64,000 nucleotides of DNA from an uncultured archaeon (lineage in GTDB: Archaea > Asgardarchaeota > Lokiarchaeia > Sigyniarchaeales > SOKP01), in contig CAZALK010000002.1 of NCBI GenBank assembly GCA_964486045.1, forward strand, positions 32,001 to 96,000, read 5' to 3'. Made by a program: the position numbers and the translations under genes. The notes beneath the pieces were generated by a model that was not told where the DNA came from, did not search any database, and saw only the letters and a list, made by a program, of their open reading frames with translations. Positions 38,507-49,266 of the stretch are shown piece by piece (the stretch's first letter is position 1; each line of letters opens with the position of its first letter).

Positions 38507-39232
38507 TCAATCATATAACAGAGTCTGAGAAAGTAAAATTAAGATTGAAATCATAAGAGTAATATGCGCTACTAGGAATATAATTTCATAGAACAACTCG
38601 GATATAAAACTACCCCCCAATATTTTTAAATTTAGAGAGATAATAGGAGCTGTAATTGGTAAAATTAAAGGAAATAATAAAATGGGTAACACAAAGGATT
38701 TATTTTTAACATACATCGAAAAAGCAGATACCATGCTACCGCATATGGATAAATCTAATGTCGGTAATAACACACCTAAAACAATAAAAATACCTAGTTG
38801 AGAAAGGCTCAAATTTTCAACTGACGGTACGGATAAAAAAATGCTGAAAAGGAATAAAATTACCTCAATAAAACTTAATAAAATTAAACAATAGAAAATT
38901 TTACTTAAAAGTATTATATTGCCTGATATTGGGGAAGAGATTAATCCCCCGAGTGTTCCAGACTCTTTTTCTTTAATAAATAACTTTGACATAAGATAAA
39001 TGAGGGTAAAAAAAATTATTAACCAAACTTCAATTACAAAAATTTCTAAAGGCATATTTTGAATTTGAGTGCTGAAGTTATACACCGATGAAAATATAAA
39101 AACTGAGATAATATCAAAAAGAAAAATAGAAAACATATCATTAATTTGCCTAATCTCCGATTTTATATCTTTAAACAGGATTGTTTTAAAAATTTTAAAT
39201 CGTGATTTTTGGTCTTTATCCTTATTATGCAA
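38507..39232 (-). CDS. ccmB: Haem exporter / Ccm ABC permease
   Basis: KDIKSEIR, FIKEKESGTL and LPILLFPLILP. Confidence 0.9.
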   Translation of the reverse strand: MHNKDKDQKSRFKIFKTILFKDIKSEIRQINDMFSIFLFDIISVFIFSSVYNFSTQIQNMPLEIFVIEVWLIIFFTLIYLMSKLFIKEKESGTLGGLISSPISGNIILLSKIFYCLILLSFIEVILFLFSIFLSVPSVENLSLSQLGIFIVLGVLLPTLDLSICGSMVSAFSMYVKNKSFVLPILLFPLILPITAPIISLNLKILGGSFISELFYEIIFLVAHITLMISILILLSQTLLYD

Positions 39233-39247
39233 CTATATGAAGTCACC

Positions 39248-39961
39248 CTAAAAATATGATTCAATTTGAATTTCTCTATATTCCTTTTTGGTAAGGAATT
39301 TATTGACCTTACCTCTTTTTAAAACAACGATTTCATCACAAATTTGTGTTAAGATCTCAATTTTATGAGTGGTAAGAATTATCGACACATTCTCTTTATC
39401 TCTCAACTCTATTAATGCATCAATTATTAATTTAGTTGTATTAAAGTCTAAACCTGAAAATGGCTCATCCAAAAACATAATCGAGGGATGATGCATAAAC
39501 ACCCTTATTAATTCTACTTTTTTTTTCATCCCATGCGATAAATTCTCAACAGGTTCGTGAATCCATTTTGTTAAGTTGAATTTTTTTGCGAATTTTTCAA
39601 TTTTGGTTTTAATCCTATTTTTATCAAAATTTTGGTGCAGATTATCATAGAACTTTAAGTTTTCAAAAATAGTCAATTCTTCATAGAGAAAAGATTCATC
39701 GGTTGAAATCCCTATTTTCTTCTTTAAAGCATTTGAATGGTTAATATAATCCATCCCTTTAATCACAATTCTCCCCAAAGTGGGAGTGATTAATCCACAC
39801 ATGATCTTTATTAAGGTTGTTTTTCCAGCTCCGTTCGCACCTGCTATTCCGATTATTGTATTTTCTTTAGTTTTAAAAGATATATTTTTGAGAGCAAAAA
39901 AGTAACCAAATTGTTTTGATACATTTACACAGTTTATTAATTCTTTTTTAGTCTCAATCAT
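39248..39961 (-). CDS. ccmA: Ccm ABC ATPase
   Basis: GANGAGKTT, LYEELT..ENL, LSHGMKK and LDEPFSGLD; adjacent to ccmB. Confidence 0.88.
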   Translation of the reverse strand: MIETKKELINCVNVSKQFGYFFALKNISFKTKENTIIGIAGANGAGKTTLIKIMCGLITPTLGRIVIKGMDYINHSNALKKKIGISTDESFLYEELTIFENLKFYDNLHQNFDKNRIKTKIEKFAKKFNLTKWIHEPVENLSHGMKKKVELIRVFMHHPSIMFLDEPFSGLDFNTTKLIIDALIELRDKENVSIILTTHKIEILTQICDEIVVLKRGKVNKFLTKKEYREIQIESYF

Positions 39962-40094
39962 GTAATAACCGTATTAACCATATCATATTTTAAAATGAAA
40001 GAAAATTCTATTTGATACTATCGAAAGAATTTAAAATGAAATTCAGCATTTTTATATCTTTAAATTAATAATAGAAAAAAAAGTTTTTCAGAGT

Positions 40095-41834
40095 TTATTT
40101 TATTTCATATTTGGGTTCAAGCTTCTTAATACTCTTTTTTTTTGTAAGGAACAAAGCAAGTATTGAAGGGACTATCCCGATTATTAATATAATAAATCCA
40201 GTAATGAAAAAGATATCTTGATACAATTCTAAATCAGGATTAATTAAAAATCCTATCATAATGAATGAAATTCCTACATGGATAATCGTTTTTGAATTTA
40301 ATCTAAAAAAGTATACAAATCCTTTTCTAATTTTAATATTCTTTGATAATTTGAAGATGGAAGCAAACATTGATGTGAAGTAGATTACCATTATCGGATT
40401 TATCCATACATTCAAGAGAAATAATAGTATGTAGGAAACGACTAATTGGATTGATATTCCAATAAGAATTGCTGCTATTATCCATTTAACCTCAAAATAC
40501 TCCCATAAAGAACAAAATATAAGTGTTACGGCTAATCCCACAGCTAACGTCAATGTTGTAATGATGAAGTATTCAGGACCGATATAAATAACATTGATGG
40601 GAAAATAACTTGACAGCAATAGAGTGAATGGAGGAACAAAAAGTCCAAAAATACAAACGAATGAGAAGGCAAACAAAAGAATATAACTCAAGTAGTTAAA
40701 GAAAAGCTTTTTATTCTTATATTCCTCCATTAAATAATCTAATACAATATATATAACATAAAGAGAAAAACATAATAAAATGAGTCCCACAACTACTACC
40801 CAGATTACTAACTCTGCTCCTCCTGCAAAAGAGTGGAGAGGACTTAGATTACCAGTTCTAGTAATAAGTGTAGAAAAAATAATTGCAAAGAAAATTAAAC
40901 TTACGTTTATTTTAATTAATAACGGATTTTTTTTTTTAAAAATTATTGTATGGAAGAATGCTGTAATAAAAAACCATGGAACAAGCAATACTGTTTCAAC
41001 TGGATCCCAACCCCAATATCTTCCCCAATTTAAAGCAATTTTAGCCCAATAAGCACCTAATCCAAGGCTTAAAGTTGAAACTAACCATCCAAATTTTAAG
41101 GAAAAATCGTAAAAATTTCGTTGATAGGAATTCAGCAATTTAGAGTTTCGAGTCATCACCTCAGCAATGATAATTGTAAAAGGGATTAAGAAGATCGCAT
41201 AGGTAATGAATGTAAAAAGTGGGTGCCAAATCATAAAGGGAGATATTAAAAGGGGGTTTAAACCTCGGCCAGTTGGGAATGCAAGTGTTAATTCAACGTT
41301 AAATGGGTTCATTGAAAATAAAATTATTGAAAATATTGTCGAAATAATTAAGGATGTTATTACAGAGCGTATAAACACTAGATCTTCTTTATTTTGATTC
41401 TTGATTCGATAAAAATTTATTACGATTGAATTAAACAGCATCCAGGTCATGATGGAACCGTCTTGACCTGCCCAAATCGCTACAATCTTATATATTAAAG
41501 GGAGTGTCGTAGCATTATAGTTCATGACATATACTACTTCGAAAATATTATTCAGAAAACTATACATCATGAGTATAAATATGACTAATGATAAACTCAT
41601 GTTGACTAAAGAGAAAATATAATAGTTCTGTTTTTTTATAAATAGAAAAATTATATCAACAATCATAAGAGCAATTAGTAAAAGAAGAAATAAATTACCT
41701 AAGATTAAGATAACAAAAATTCTATTACTAATTTCGATGAGGTCTAAAAGCACAGGAATGAATACAAATAAACTTGCCATTAGTACAAGATTAAGCGCAA
41801 TAATTTTTTTTGTTGATATTTGACTAATCTTCAT
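40095..41834 (-). CDS. ccmF: Cytochrome c haem lyase
   Basis: WAGQDGS, GRGLNPLL, MIWHP, LGAYWA...WGRYWGWDPVE and PLHSF. Confidence 0.93.
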   Translation of the reverse strand: MKISQISTKKIIALNLVLMASLFVFIPVLLDLIEISNRIFVILILGNLFLLLLIALMIVDIIFLFIKKQNYYIFSLVNMSLSLVIFILMMYSFLNNIFEVVYVMNYNATTLPLIYKIVAIWAGQDGSIMTWMLFNSIVINFYRIKNQNKEDLVFIRSVITSLIISTIFSIILFSMNPFNVELTLAFPTGRGLNPLLISPFMIWHPLFTFITYAIFLIPFTIIIAEVMTRNSKLLNSYQRNFYDFSLKFGWLVSTLSLGLGAYWAKIALNWGRYWGWDPVETVLLVPWFFITAFFHTIIFKKKNPLLIKINVSLIFFAIIFSTLITRTGNLSPLHSFAGGAELVIWVVVVGLILLCFSLYVIYIVLDYLMEEYKNKKLFFNYLSYILLFAFSFVCIFGLFVPPFTLLLSSYFPINVIYIGPEYFIITTLTLAVGLAVTLIFCSLWEYFEVKWIIAAILIGISIQLVVSYILLFLLNVWINPIMVIYFTSMFASIFKLSKNIKIRKGFVYFFRLNSKTIIHVGISFIMIGFLINPDLELYQDIFFITGFIILIIGIVPSILALFLTKKKSIKKLEPKYEIK

Positions 41835-42155
41835 ATAAATTACCTCAATTGGAAATATTAATGAAAAATAATAAACATTTTCAATACTTATATTTTGGAC
41901 TAAAATGGGGAAATTTTAGCTATAATGGTTGTTCTGTGAGAGGAGATTTTGGTTAACTCTAAGTCTATTTTTATATAATTTTGGGACATATGTTAGATTT
42001 TTTCTATTGTTTCAAGATCAACTTTATTATCCTTGATTTTCTTCTTAAATAAAAAAAAATGTAAAATTTATAATTTAAAAGAAAGATTTTTTTCTATAGT
42101 CAAACTATTATTTTAATGATTATTTTTTACCATTAAAGAATTTAGTCTTGGATTC

Positions 42156-42482
42156 ATGTCAATCGAATTAACAAACAAATCCCGGGAATATATTGGTAAG
42201 AAGAATATAAACAATTTGTTTATTGATTTAATTTATATGGAGGAATCCTGTGCACAAATTTATGACCCTAAGATAAGAATAATTGAAAAAAGAGATCTAG
42301 AAAAATTTGAAGATTATGATAATATTTCTATTGATAATTTAACTTTATATATTTCAAATGCATTTACTAAAATTTATGGAAAACTTGACAAATATCTCCT
42401 GGATACAAGTGGGATTGTTAAGAAGAGTTTAGTTCTTAGGAATGTAGACTCAATTATAAGAAATATCTGTAAACCAAAATAA
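42156..42482 (+). CDS. Hypothetical protein (weak HesB-like appearance)
   Basis: 108-aa ORF co-oriented with TlpA and CcdA; two Cys; family not established. Confidence 0.5.
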   Translation: MSIELTNKSREYIGKKNINNLFIDLIYMEESCAQIYDPKIRIIEKRDLEKFEDYDNISIDNLTLYISNAFTKIYGKLDKYLLDTSGIVKKSLVLRNVDSIIRNICKPK

Positions 42483-42511
42483 AATCAAAAAGGAATGACG
42501 CTCCTAGAGTT

Positions 42512-43045
42512 ATGAAAAAAAAAATTTCACAAATACTTCCTCTATTTGTTATTGTTTTTGGAGCTATTTTTTTTGTCACCTTTATAGGTTTTGTAGCAAT
42601 ATCCGAATCTGGGAACACGGGATCTAATTTATACAACACAGATTTACCGTATGTAGATATTGACGGAGAGACAATAAGATTAACGGATCATAACGAAAAA
42701 GTCATAATTTTATATTTTTTTTATTTGAGTTGTCCATATTGTAAGATTTCAGATCCTTTTTTAGCAGCTATAGAAGATGATTATTTTAGCAGTCAGTTAT
42801 TAATCATTACTATTACTATTGCTACTGCAGATTCAGACATAAACCTTAATAATTGGAGAAATAACCTTAACGCTTCTTGGAATATTGTTCGTGATGACAT
42901 AAGTCTCACCTACGCCAGTAATTGGGATGTTGCATATACTCCTACAGCAGTAATTATCCATCTAGATAGCAATTTCTTGGAAATAATTGAGGGATCACTT
43001 AATTTTGATGCTAAAGTAAGAAGTGAACTTCAATTATTAATTTAA
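42512..43045 (+). CDS. Membrane-anchored TlpA/ResA-like thiol-disulfide oxidoreductase
   Basis: N-terminal TM, DIDGETIRL, FFYLSCPYC and the cis-Pro motif YTPT. Confidence 0.88.
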   Translation: MKKKISQILPLFVIVFGAIFFVTFIGFVAISESGNTGSNLYNTDLPYVDIDGETIRLTDHNEKVIILYFFYLSCPYCKISDPFLAAIEDDYFSSQLLIITITIATADSDINLNNWRNNLNASWNIVRDDISLTYASNWDVAYTPTAVIIHLDSNFLEIIEGSLNFDAKVRSELQLLI

Positions 43046-43102
43046 ATTATGAGAATATTTCTCGTCTAAAATCCAAACCAAAGTAATCTAATCCATTTAT
43101 CA

Positions 43103-43846
43103 ATGACAGATGTTTTTATTTTTTTTTTAGTATTAGGTGGTGGAATCCTTTCTTTTATCGCTCCCTGTAATATAGCTGTTTTACCATCTTTTATAAGCTA
43201 CGTTGGAAGTCAATCAAAAACTGCAAAGAAAAGCGCGTTATTGAGTCTATTCTTCTCATTAGGTTTTATTTTTATGTTTACTGTAATCTCTACTTTAATT
43301 ATTATTATTAGTGGTTTTATCAGATACACATTTTGGCTAAAGTTGTTTTCTGGAATAGTATTAATTCTTCTTTCTATCTATCTGTTTTTTTATAAACAGG
43401 TATCATCATCAACTCCTAAGTCGAATCTATCTTTAGAGGAAATAGATAATGAAGGAAATCATGCTCAAGATTTAAAAGGTGGATCGACTATAGATAAATC
43501 TAAAAGGAATTATGAAGGTTATTCAGGATCTTTTTTCCTCGGTTTTTCGCTAGCTTATTCATGGCTCCCATGTGTTACTCCCATTTACATGTCGGTGGTC
43601 ATAATTATTTCAAATCAAGCAGATTTCTTACTTGGTATCATTTTGTTTCTAGTTTATGGATTAGGAATTATGATCCCTTTTATTCTAATTGGAGTTTTAA
43701 TCGGGGTAATAAAGATGAGGTTTCTTGTAAAATTAATGAAAATAGGATCTAAGATTCAGAAAATTTTTGCTTTAATTTTATTTTATATAGGAATTGAGTT
43801 AGTTATGTCTGCGTTTGGGATTCCTGGTTTGATACCTTATTTCTAA
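43103..43846 (+). CDS. ccdA: Cytochrome c biogenesis protein CcdA (DsbD-beta)
   Basis: SFIAPCNIAVLP, WLPCVTP and YGLGIMIPF. Confidence 0.92.
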   Translation: MTDVFIFFLVLGGGILSFIAPCNIAVLPSFISYVGSQSKTAKKSALLSLFFSLGFIFMFTVISTLIIIISGFIRYTFWLKLFSGIVLILLSIYLFFYKQVSSSTPKSNLSLEEIDNEGNHAQDLKGGSTIDKSKRNYEGYSGSFFLGFSLAYSWLPCVTPIYMSVVIIISNQADFLLGIILFLVYGLGIMIPFILIGVLIGVIKMRFLVKLMKIGSKIQKIFALILFYIGIELVMSAFGIPGLIPYF

Positions 43847-43993
43847 AGTTTAATGAATTATTAACTCAATTTCTTCCTTCTTAGCTTTCTTACCATATCC
43901 TCAGGCTCAGTTGTCATTTTCTGACATCTTAATAAAACTTTTAGTAAGGGGATATTGAAATCGAGAAACTTAATATCGGCAACCAGATTCCAA

Positions 43994-44168
43994 GTATCAC
44001 TACGAAATTTAAAACTTCTATTTATGAACTTTAAATGAAATAAGAGAATTAGAAAATGAAGATATTGTAGGTTTATCTAAATTAAAAAAGACAAAAGTAT
44101 TCCGAAATCCCCTTAGATATAATTCAATTAAAATCAAAGGATGTTCCGGTTTTTATATAAAATATTAA
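43994..44168 (+). pseudogene. Second LRR-gene 3' remnant, homologous to 30680..31072
   Basis: SLRNLKLLFMN, a frameshift, then NEIRELENEDIVGLSKLKKTKVFRNPLRYNSIKIKGCSGFYIKY*, which aligns with ...LPKLKELRLSRNLLSYDSVKIIGSTTFKIEY*. Confidence 0.65.
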
Positions 44169-44233
44169 AGGTTTTAATGGGTTTTAATTATAAATTAATT
44201 TCCTTTTCTTGATTGATAAATTCATTTTAGTAA

Positions 44234-44407
44234 AATGATCTATATCACCAATTTGTTAAGGATTAAATTATTCATCATCTAAATTTCCTAATTATTGACC
44301 CTAAAATAAATATATCAAATTTTTAATTGTCAGATCTTCTATCTCTTTTTTTTAAAAAAATTTGATCTATATCGGTCTTCTATAGGTTTGAATGATCAAT
44401 TCTGATA
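44234..44407. promoter_or_regulatory. Reverse-oriented copies of the GATC-core boxes
   Basis: AATGATCTATATCAC (44234), TTTGATCTATATCGG (44361) and AATGATCAATTCTGATA (44391); GATC cores at 44333, 44364 and 44394. Confidence 0.5.
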
Positions 44408-44585
44408 ATACTTCATGATTAAATAATCCATTTTGATAATAAAATTAGAAAGGGTTTACTAAAAAGTAAGAATAATATACTAAAATCGATGCAGATTTTG
44501 CTAAAAAGTTATAAATGTGTGATCATATTTAATTATTAGAGTTAAAAAAATTTAATTATTCAAAATCTTTGGATGGATAGGAAAT

Positions 44586-45476
44586 ATGAAAAAAAAGGCT
44601 CTTATTATTTTTTTAAGTATCTTTAGTTTAATGATTGCGTTTGCAGCATTTAATGGAACGGCAAGGCCTGGTTATGGTGAAAATCATAGTGCTTGCCATG
44701 ATTCAGCAGGATATACGATTGAAACTAATGTTGAAGGGGATATTCTAGCCACTAATTCTTCAAATGTTGTTTTTAATATAACAGCGACGGGTACTAACTT
44801 GTTTGTGCAAGTAATTCCTGCCGCTGAAGATAATGATCTTTTTGTGATTTCACCCTCTACAAACAGAATAAATGATAGTTCGATAAATGATTTGGACCCA
44901 ACGGCAAATTCGATAATAGTAGAATTTAATGTCACAACACCTGCAACTGATGGTTATTACACTATTTTTATAATTGCAGGTGATGATACAACTGGTTCAG
45001 CCATAGATTTCGCGTATCACCGAATTATTATTAATGTCGGAGATGTTCAGGCACCTGTTGAAGATCCCATTGCAAAAATATTTTCGGCAATATTTGATCA
45101 TCTGGGATTTTACTTAGGGATGCCAGCCCTAATATTCTTATCGCTTGGAACTGTTTTAGTGTTAGTAGATGAGAATAAATTCGTCAAGTCGCATGGATTT
45201 CTTGCTGGAGCTTCTTGGATTTTGACCGTAATCAATGTAACAGCAGCCTTTATAAAAATTGAACCTCAAGCTTGGTTATTGGGTTATGAGTTGATTTATC
45301 ATATTCCTCACATAATTTTAGGAGCTGTAGGGTTAGTAACTGGATTTATTAGTATGTTATTCGGAATTGCAGCTGAACGACGTCCAGCCAGATTATGGGG
45401 ATATATAACATTAATTTGCTGGTGGGCAGCCTTCTTTACAGGTTATTTATTGAAACCTAATCTCTTCATATTTTAA
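44586..45476 (+). CDS. Exported HSACH-motif domain plus 4-TM His-containing (b561/DUF420-like) membrane domain
   Basis: Signal peptide; NHSACH at 44685-44699; TPATDGYY; TM histidines in FDHLG, KSHG and PHIILG. Confidence 0.7.
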   Translation: MKKKALIIFLSIFSLMIAFAAFNGTARPGYGENHSACHDSAGYTIETNVEGDILATNSSNVVFNITATGTNLFVQVIPAAEDNDLFVISPSTNRINDSSINDLDPTANSIIVEFNVTTPATDGYYTIFIIAGDDTTGSAIDFAYHRIIINVGDVQAPVEDPIAKIFSAIFDHLGFYLGMPALIFLSLGTVLVLVDENKFVKSHGFLAGASWILTVINVTAAFIKIEPQAWLLGYELIYHIPHIILGAVGLVTGFISMLFGIAAERRPARLWGYITLICWWAAFFTGYLLKPNLFIF

Positions 45477-45507
45477 CTATTATAATAATTAAAAGTGTAA
45501 TCTTACA

Positions 45508-46995
45508 ATGAGAAAGACAAATAACAAACAAGTTAAAGAAAACAACAAACGAGTAGAAGAAAGGGACCTCGAGAGTCAATTTTTGGATTTTATATCCTCT
45601 TATCATGTTAGCACCAATCGATATGAACTTGAATCTGCTTCGGCTGATCTCACTTCATTACCATCCTATCATTATAAATTCAAAAATAAATATCTTGCAA
45701 GTTATATAGTTCGTCCAGCTAATACTGATGAGCTTTCCTTAGCAATTAAAAAGTGCAGGGATTTAAAAATCCCAGTTACAATTAGAGCTGCCGGTACGTC
45801 TTGCTTTTCTTCAGCAACGCCTTCTAAAGGTGGTGTTATTATTGATGTGCGAAGATTAAACAAAATCGTTGAAATTGACGTAGACAATAAAACAGTTAAA
45901 GTTGGGTCGGGGATTTCATGGCTTAATTTAATAGAAGCACTTGCAGATTATGGACTTGAACCTAAAGTTTTTCCAACAAGCTTTAAGACCTCATGCGTGA
46001 GCGGTTTTATTGCAACCCCGGGAAATGCAGGTATAGGTGTTATTAAATATGGCTCGATGGAGGATTCAATTATTTCATTAGAATTAGTTAAGCCTGACGG
46101 GTCAATAATTAAAATTTCAAAAGATTCCAAGGAAGAAATTTCTATTCATGATGTTATAGGAACATATGGAATTTATGGAGCGGTTGCGAGTGTTGAAATA
46201 TCTATAACTACATTGAAGACTTCATTAGAGATAATTGGTTATGGTTTTGACTCTGTTGAAGAGGCTTTCAACTTTTATTCAATAATTAAAAATAACCTCC
46301 CAAATAAACCCTTGTTCCTCTCAATTTCTGAGAGAAATTTCGAAAAATATTCTCATGTTAATTTCCCTGAAAGTGAATGGTTAGTATGGGCAGTTTTCTT
46401 TGATGATCCTGAGGAAACTTCAAAAAGTGTATCAGACATTAAAGATCATGCTTCCACACTGAATGCTGTTGAGGTTGAAAGTTCATATTTAAAAGAAAAA
46501 TGGCGGGATATTAGCGATGCTGAAGTAGCAATTGGATTATCAACAAGAAATTTAATATTTCAAGAATATTGGGTATCTGATGATAGAATAAAGGATTTTA
46601 TAGAACGTTACGTAAATAATCGAAAGAAATATAAATTTCCTGTTGCTTCTTACGCAATTTCAGGAGAAACGGGATGGACTCGGTTAAAAATCTTTGGACT
46701 TACTGATATCAACAGAACCCGAGAATTTTTCGCTGTTAAAGCTTTCTTACATGATTTGGCTGTTCAAGCATTCAGTCAGGGAGATAGACTCTATACTATA
46801 GGGATTGTCAATACTTTTTACTTACTTAAATTTAAAAAAGAGGAAGTACTAAACTGGAAAGCTTTGAAAGATAAATTAGATCCCCAATACTTGTTTAATT
46901 CACATCGATTAATTAAAGCTAACATGAAATTCTGGCGTGTAGCTCTGTTATTTAAAATGGCTAAAATCATGTACAAAATTTTTTGGAAAAAATAA
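45508..46995 (+). CDS. FAD-binding oxidoreductase (GlcD/D-lactate dehydrogenase superfamily)
   Basis: VRP...VTIRAAGTS...GGVIID, GTYGIYG and LDP..LFN; no C-terminal EHG motif. Confidence 0.82.
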   Translation: MRKTNNKQVKENNKRVEERDLESQFLDFISSYHVSTNRYELESASADLTSLPSYHYKFKNKYLASYIVRPANTDELSLAIKKCRDLKIPVTIRAAGTSCFSSATPSKGGVIIDVRRLNKIVEIDVDNKTVKVGSGISWLNLIEALADYGLEPKVFPTSFKTSCVSGFIATPGNAGIGVIKYGSMEDSIISLELVKPDGSIIKISKDSKEEISIHDVIGTYGIYGAVASVEISITTLKTSLEIIGYGFDSVEEAFNFYSIIKNNLPNKPLFLSISERNFEKYSHVNFPESEWLVWAVFFDDPEETSKSVSDIKDHASTLNAVEVESSYLKEKWRDISDAEVAIGLSTRNLIFQEYWVSDDRIKDFIERYVNNRKKYKFPVASYAISGETGWTRLKIFGLTDINRTREFFAVKAFLHDLAVQAFSQGDRLYTIGIVNTFYLLKFKKEEVLNWKALKDKLDPQYLFNSHRLIKANMKFWRVALLFKMAKIMYKIFWKK

Positions 46996-47102
46996 ACTGA
47001 ATGTTAAAATCAAATATAATAAAAAAGGAATAAAATATAACGATTTAATTTAAAATAATAATATTTTCAACTATTAAAGTACAAAAAAAGAGCGAATAAT
47101 AA

Positions 47103-48449
47103 ATGAGTGAAGGTAAAGAAAAGGAGGATTTAAAAAATGTAATTACTTCTGGTCCACCAGTAGCGGGGTTAGTCTCTCCTTCGAAAGAAAATCTTGTTGA
47201 ACCTACAGATCCAAAAGATCCAAAATACTCCTATGAACGTTGTACTCACTGTGGGTATTGTCGCCATGTTTGTAAAGTATATAATGTTTCTTGGAGTGAA
47301 ACTGATTATGCTGGTGGTCGAAACAGAATTATCAAAGCGCTTGATCGTAAGGATATTAAGTTTGACAAAGAAGATATTATCCCTTCTGTTTTTCGCTGTA
47401 TGTTATGTGGAAATTGTGCTGTTGTTTGTCCAGTGGGAGTTGATACTCTAAGTGTATTTCAACACTTTAGAAAAACAGTTGTAAAAAAGGGGGCGATGCC
47501 AGAAAAATTAAAAGTTTTAAGAGGTTCAATTATGGAGAATAATAATCCATTTCTTGAAAAACATGTTGATAGATTCAACTGGTGCGATTCCTGTGAAGAA
47601 GGGGCAAGAGCTTACGAACGTGCAAAACAAACTTCTGCTGTAAATGAGGGAAAACAAAACTCTTATAAGGTTGGCTATTTTACAGGCTGTACTTCTGCAT
47701 ATAGAAATAAGGAACTCGTTTCTGCTACAAGCCAAGTCTTGGAAAAACTAGGTATTGGATTTGTGGTTTTTCCTGAAGAAAAATGTTGTGGATCTGTTTT
47801 ATTTAGAACCGGATTAGAAGATGATGCTCTTGAAGTTGTGAAAAGTAACTATGAAATGATTCAAACCAGTGGGGTAGATGAGGTAGTTTTTTCTTGCTCT
47901 GGGTGTTTTTCAACCTTTATGTTAGAGTATTCTAAATTTGCAGGCGGTAATCTTGGATTCAATCTTTTTCATATAACTCAATACGCCTTAAAAGTTGCAA
48001 AAGAAAAAAATCTAAAGATAAGATATACAAAACGATCTAAAGAGGATCCCTTAATTATAACCTACCATGATCCTTGTCATTTAGGGAGATATTGTGGCGT
48101 TTATGAAGAACCAAGGGAACTTATTCGAAGAATAGAGGGGGTAAAGTTGTTAGAAATGAAACATAATAGAGATATGTCTTGGTGTTGTGGGGCTGGGGGT
48201 GGAGTGAAGGCTCTCTATGGGGATATCGCAGTAGAAGTTGGGAGAGACAGACTAGCTGAAACTCGTGCTTGTATGGTACGGATCCGGGAAGATCGTTTGA
48301 AAGAAGCTTTGGAAACTACTGCTGAAGTCTTAGTTAGTTCTTGTGTTTTTTGCAAGAATAATCTATTCCAAGTAGCAAATGAAGATAATTCGGCTATTAA
48401 AGTCATGGATATCTCACAGCTTTTGGCTGATTGTGAATTTATTAGATGA
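47103..48449 (+). CDS. GlcF/HdrD-like Fe-S oxidoreductase (2x[4Fe-4S] plus 2 CCG domains)
   Basis: CTHCGYCRHVC, CMLCGNCAVVCP, EKCCG, YHDPCHLGR, CCGAGGG and SCVFC. Confidence 0.9.
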   Translation: MSEGKEKEDLKNVITSGPPVAGLVSPSKENLVEPTDPKDPKYSYERCTHCGYCRHVCKVYNVSWSETDYAGGRNRIIKALDRKDIKFDKEDIIPSVFRCMLCGNCAVVCPVGVDTLSVFQHFRKTVVKKGAMPEKLKVLRGSIMENNNPFLEKHVDRFNWCDSCEEGARAYERAKQTSAVNEGKQNSYKVGYFTGCTSAYRNKELVSATSQVLEKLGIGFVVFPEEKCCGSVLFRTGLEDDALEVVKSNYEMIQTSGVDEVVFSCSGCFSTFMLEYSKFAGGNLGFNLFHITQYALKVAKEKNLKIRYTKRSKEDPLIITYHDPCHLGRYCGVYEEPRELIRRIEGVKLLEMKHNRDMSWCCGAGGGVKALYGDIAVEVGRDRLAETRACMVRIREDRLKEALETTAEVLVSSCVFCKNNLFQVANEDNSAIKVMDISQLLADCEFIR

Positions 48450-48483
48450 CTCGTGTCAGTTTACTTTAAAATCTTCTAAAATT

Positions 48484-48861
48484 TTAATTCAATGGTTCGA
48501 AACCCACAATATGTGGTGTTTCTGTTAATTTACCGTTAGCCCATACCACTTTAACTTTCATACCAGGCTTTAAATTTTTTGGGTTTGCATTAAATATACG
48601 CATAATAACTGGTGTATCTGATAAGTCAACTTGGACCAAACCAAATAATTCTCGATTTTTTTTTCTTTGTTTTGAATTAAAATCCCCGATAAAGTTTTTT
48701 AACATTCCAGTGGGAGGTAATTCTATAAGTTCTATAGTTTTTTTAAAACAGGTTCGACAAGTTTTTAGGGGTGGAAAATAAATTATTCCACATTTTGTAC
48801 ATTTGGCACCATAAATTATTTTTTCATCCAATCCGTCATAAAACTCATCCAAAATATACAT
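48484..48861 (-). CDS. Zn-ribbon plus OB-fold protein (DUF35 family)
   Basis: KCTKCG..YFPP...CRTC and GMKVKVVW. Confidence 0.85.
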   Translation of the reverse strand: MYILDEFYDGLDEKIIYGAKCTKCGIIYFPPLKTCRTCFKKTIELIELPPTGMLKNFIGDFNSKQRKKNRELFGLVQVDLSDTPVIMRIFNANPKNLKPGMKVKVVWANGKLTETPHIVGFEPLN

Positions 48862-49266
48862 AATTTTACTTTTCTGCCAATATATATTAATTTAAACTTA
48901 TCTTTCCAATAATAATATGATATTCTACATATTAAAAAGTTTTGATCTTAAACTATCACAATTATATTAGTTAATTATTGAATGATTTTATTAATTTAAG
49001 TAATAAATGTGATATTTTTAGTATGGATTATGTACCAAATTGTTGAAATGACCATCAAAAAACTATTTTGGTTTTTTTTGAGACACAATTTTTTTTATTC
49101 CTTGAATATTCTTAAGAAATTCATCCAATCTGCTATTATTGGTAATTATTAAAAATTAAAGTAAAAAATATATGGTTTAAAATTTTTTTGTTTCATAGTA
49201 TTATAATCTTTTATCAGTAGTACTAATTTTTATCAAATTCTGAAAATTAGAAATAGAAATTTTTGT

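Noticed and set aside
43861-43917. 18-codon minus-strand ORF (MTTEPEDMVRKLRRKKLS)
   Set aside because: Too short, with no supporting motif or context.
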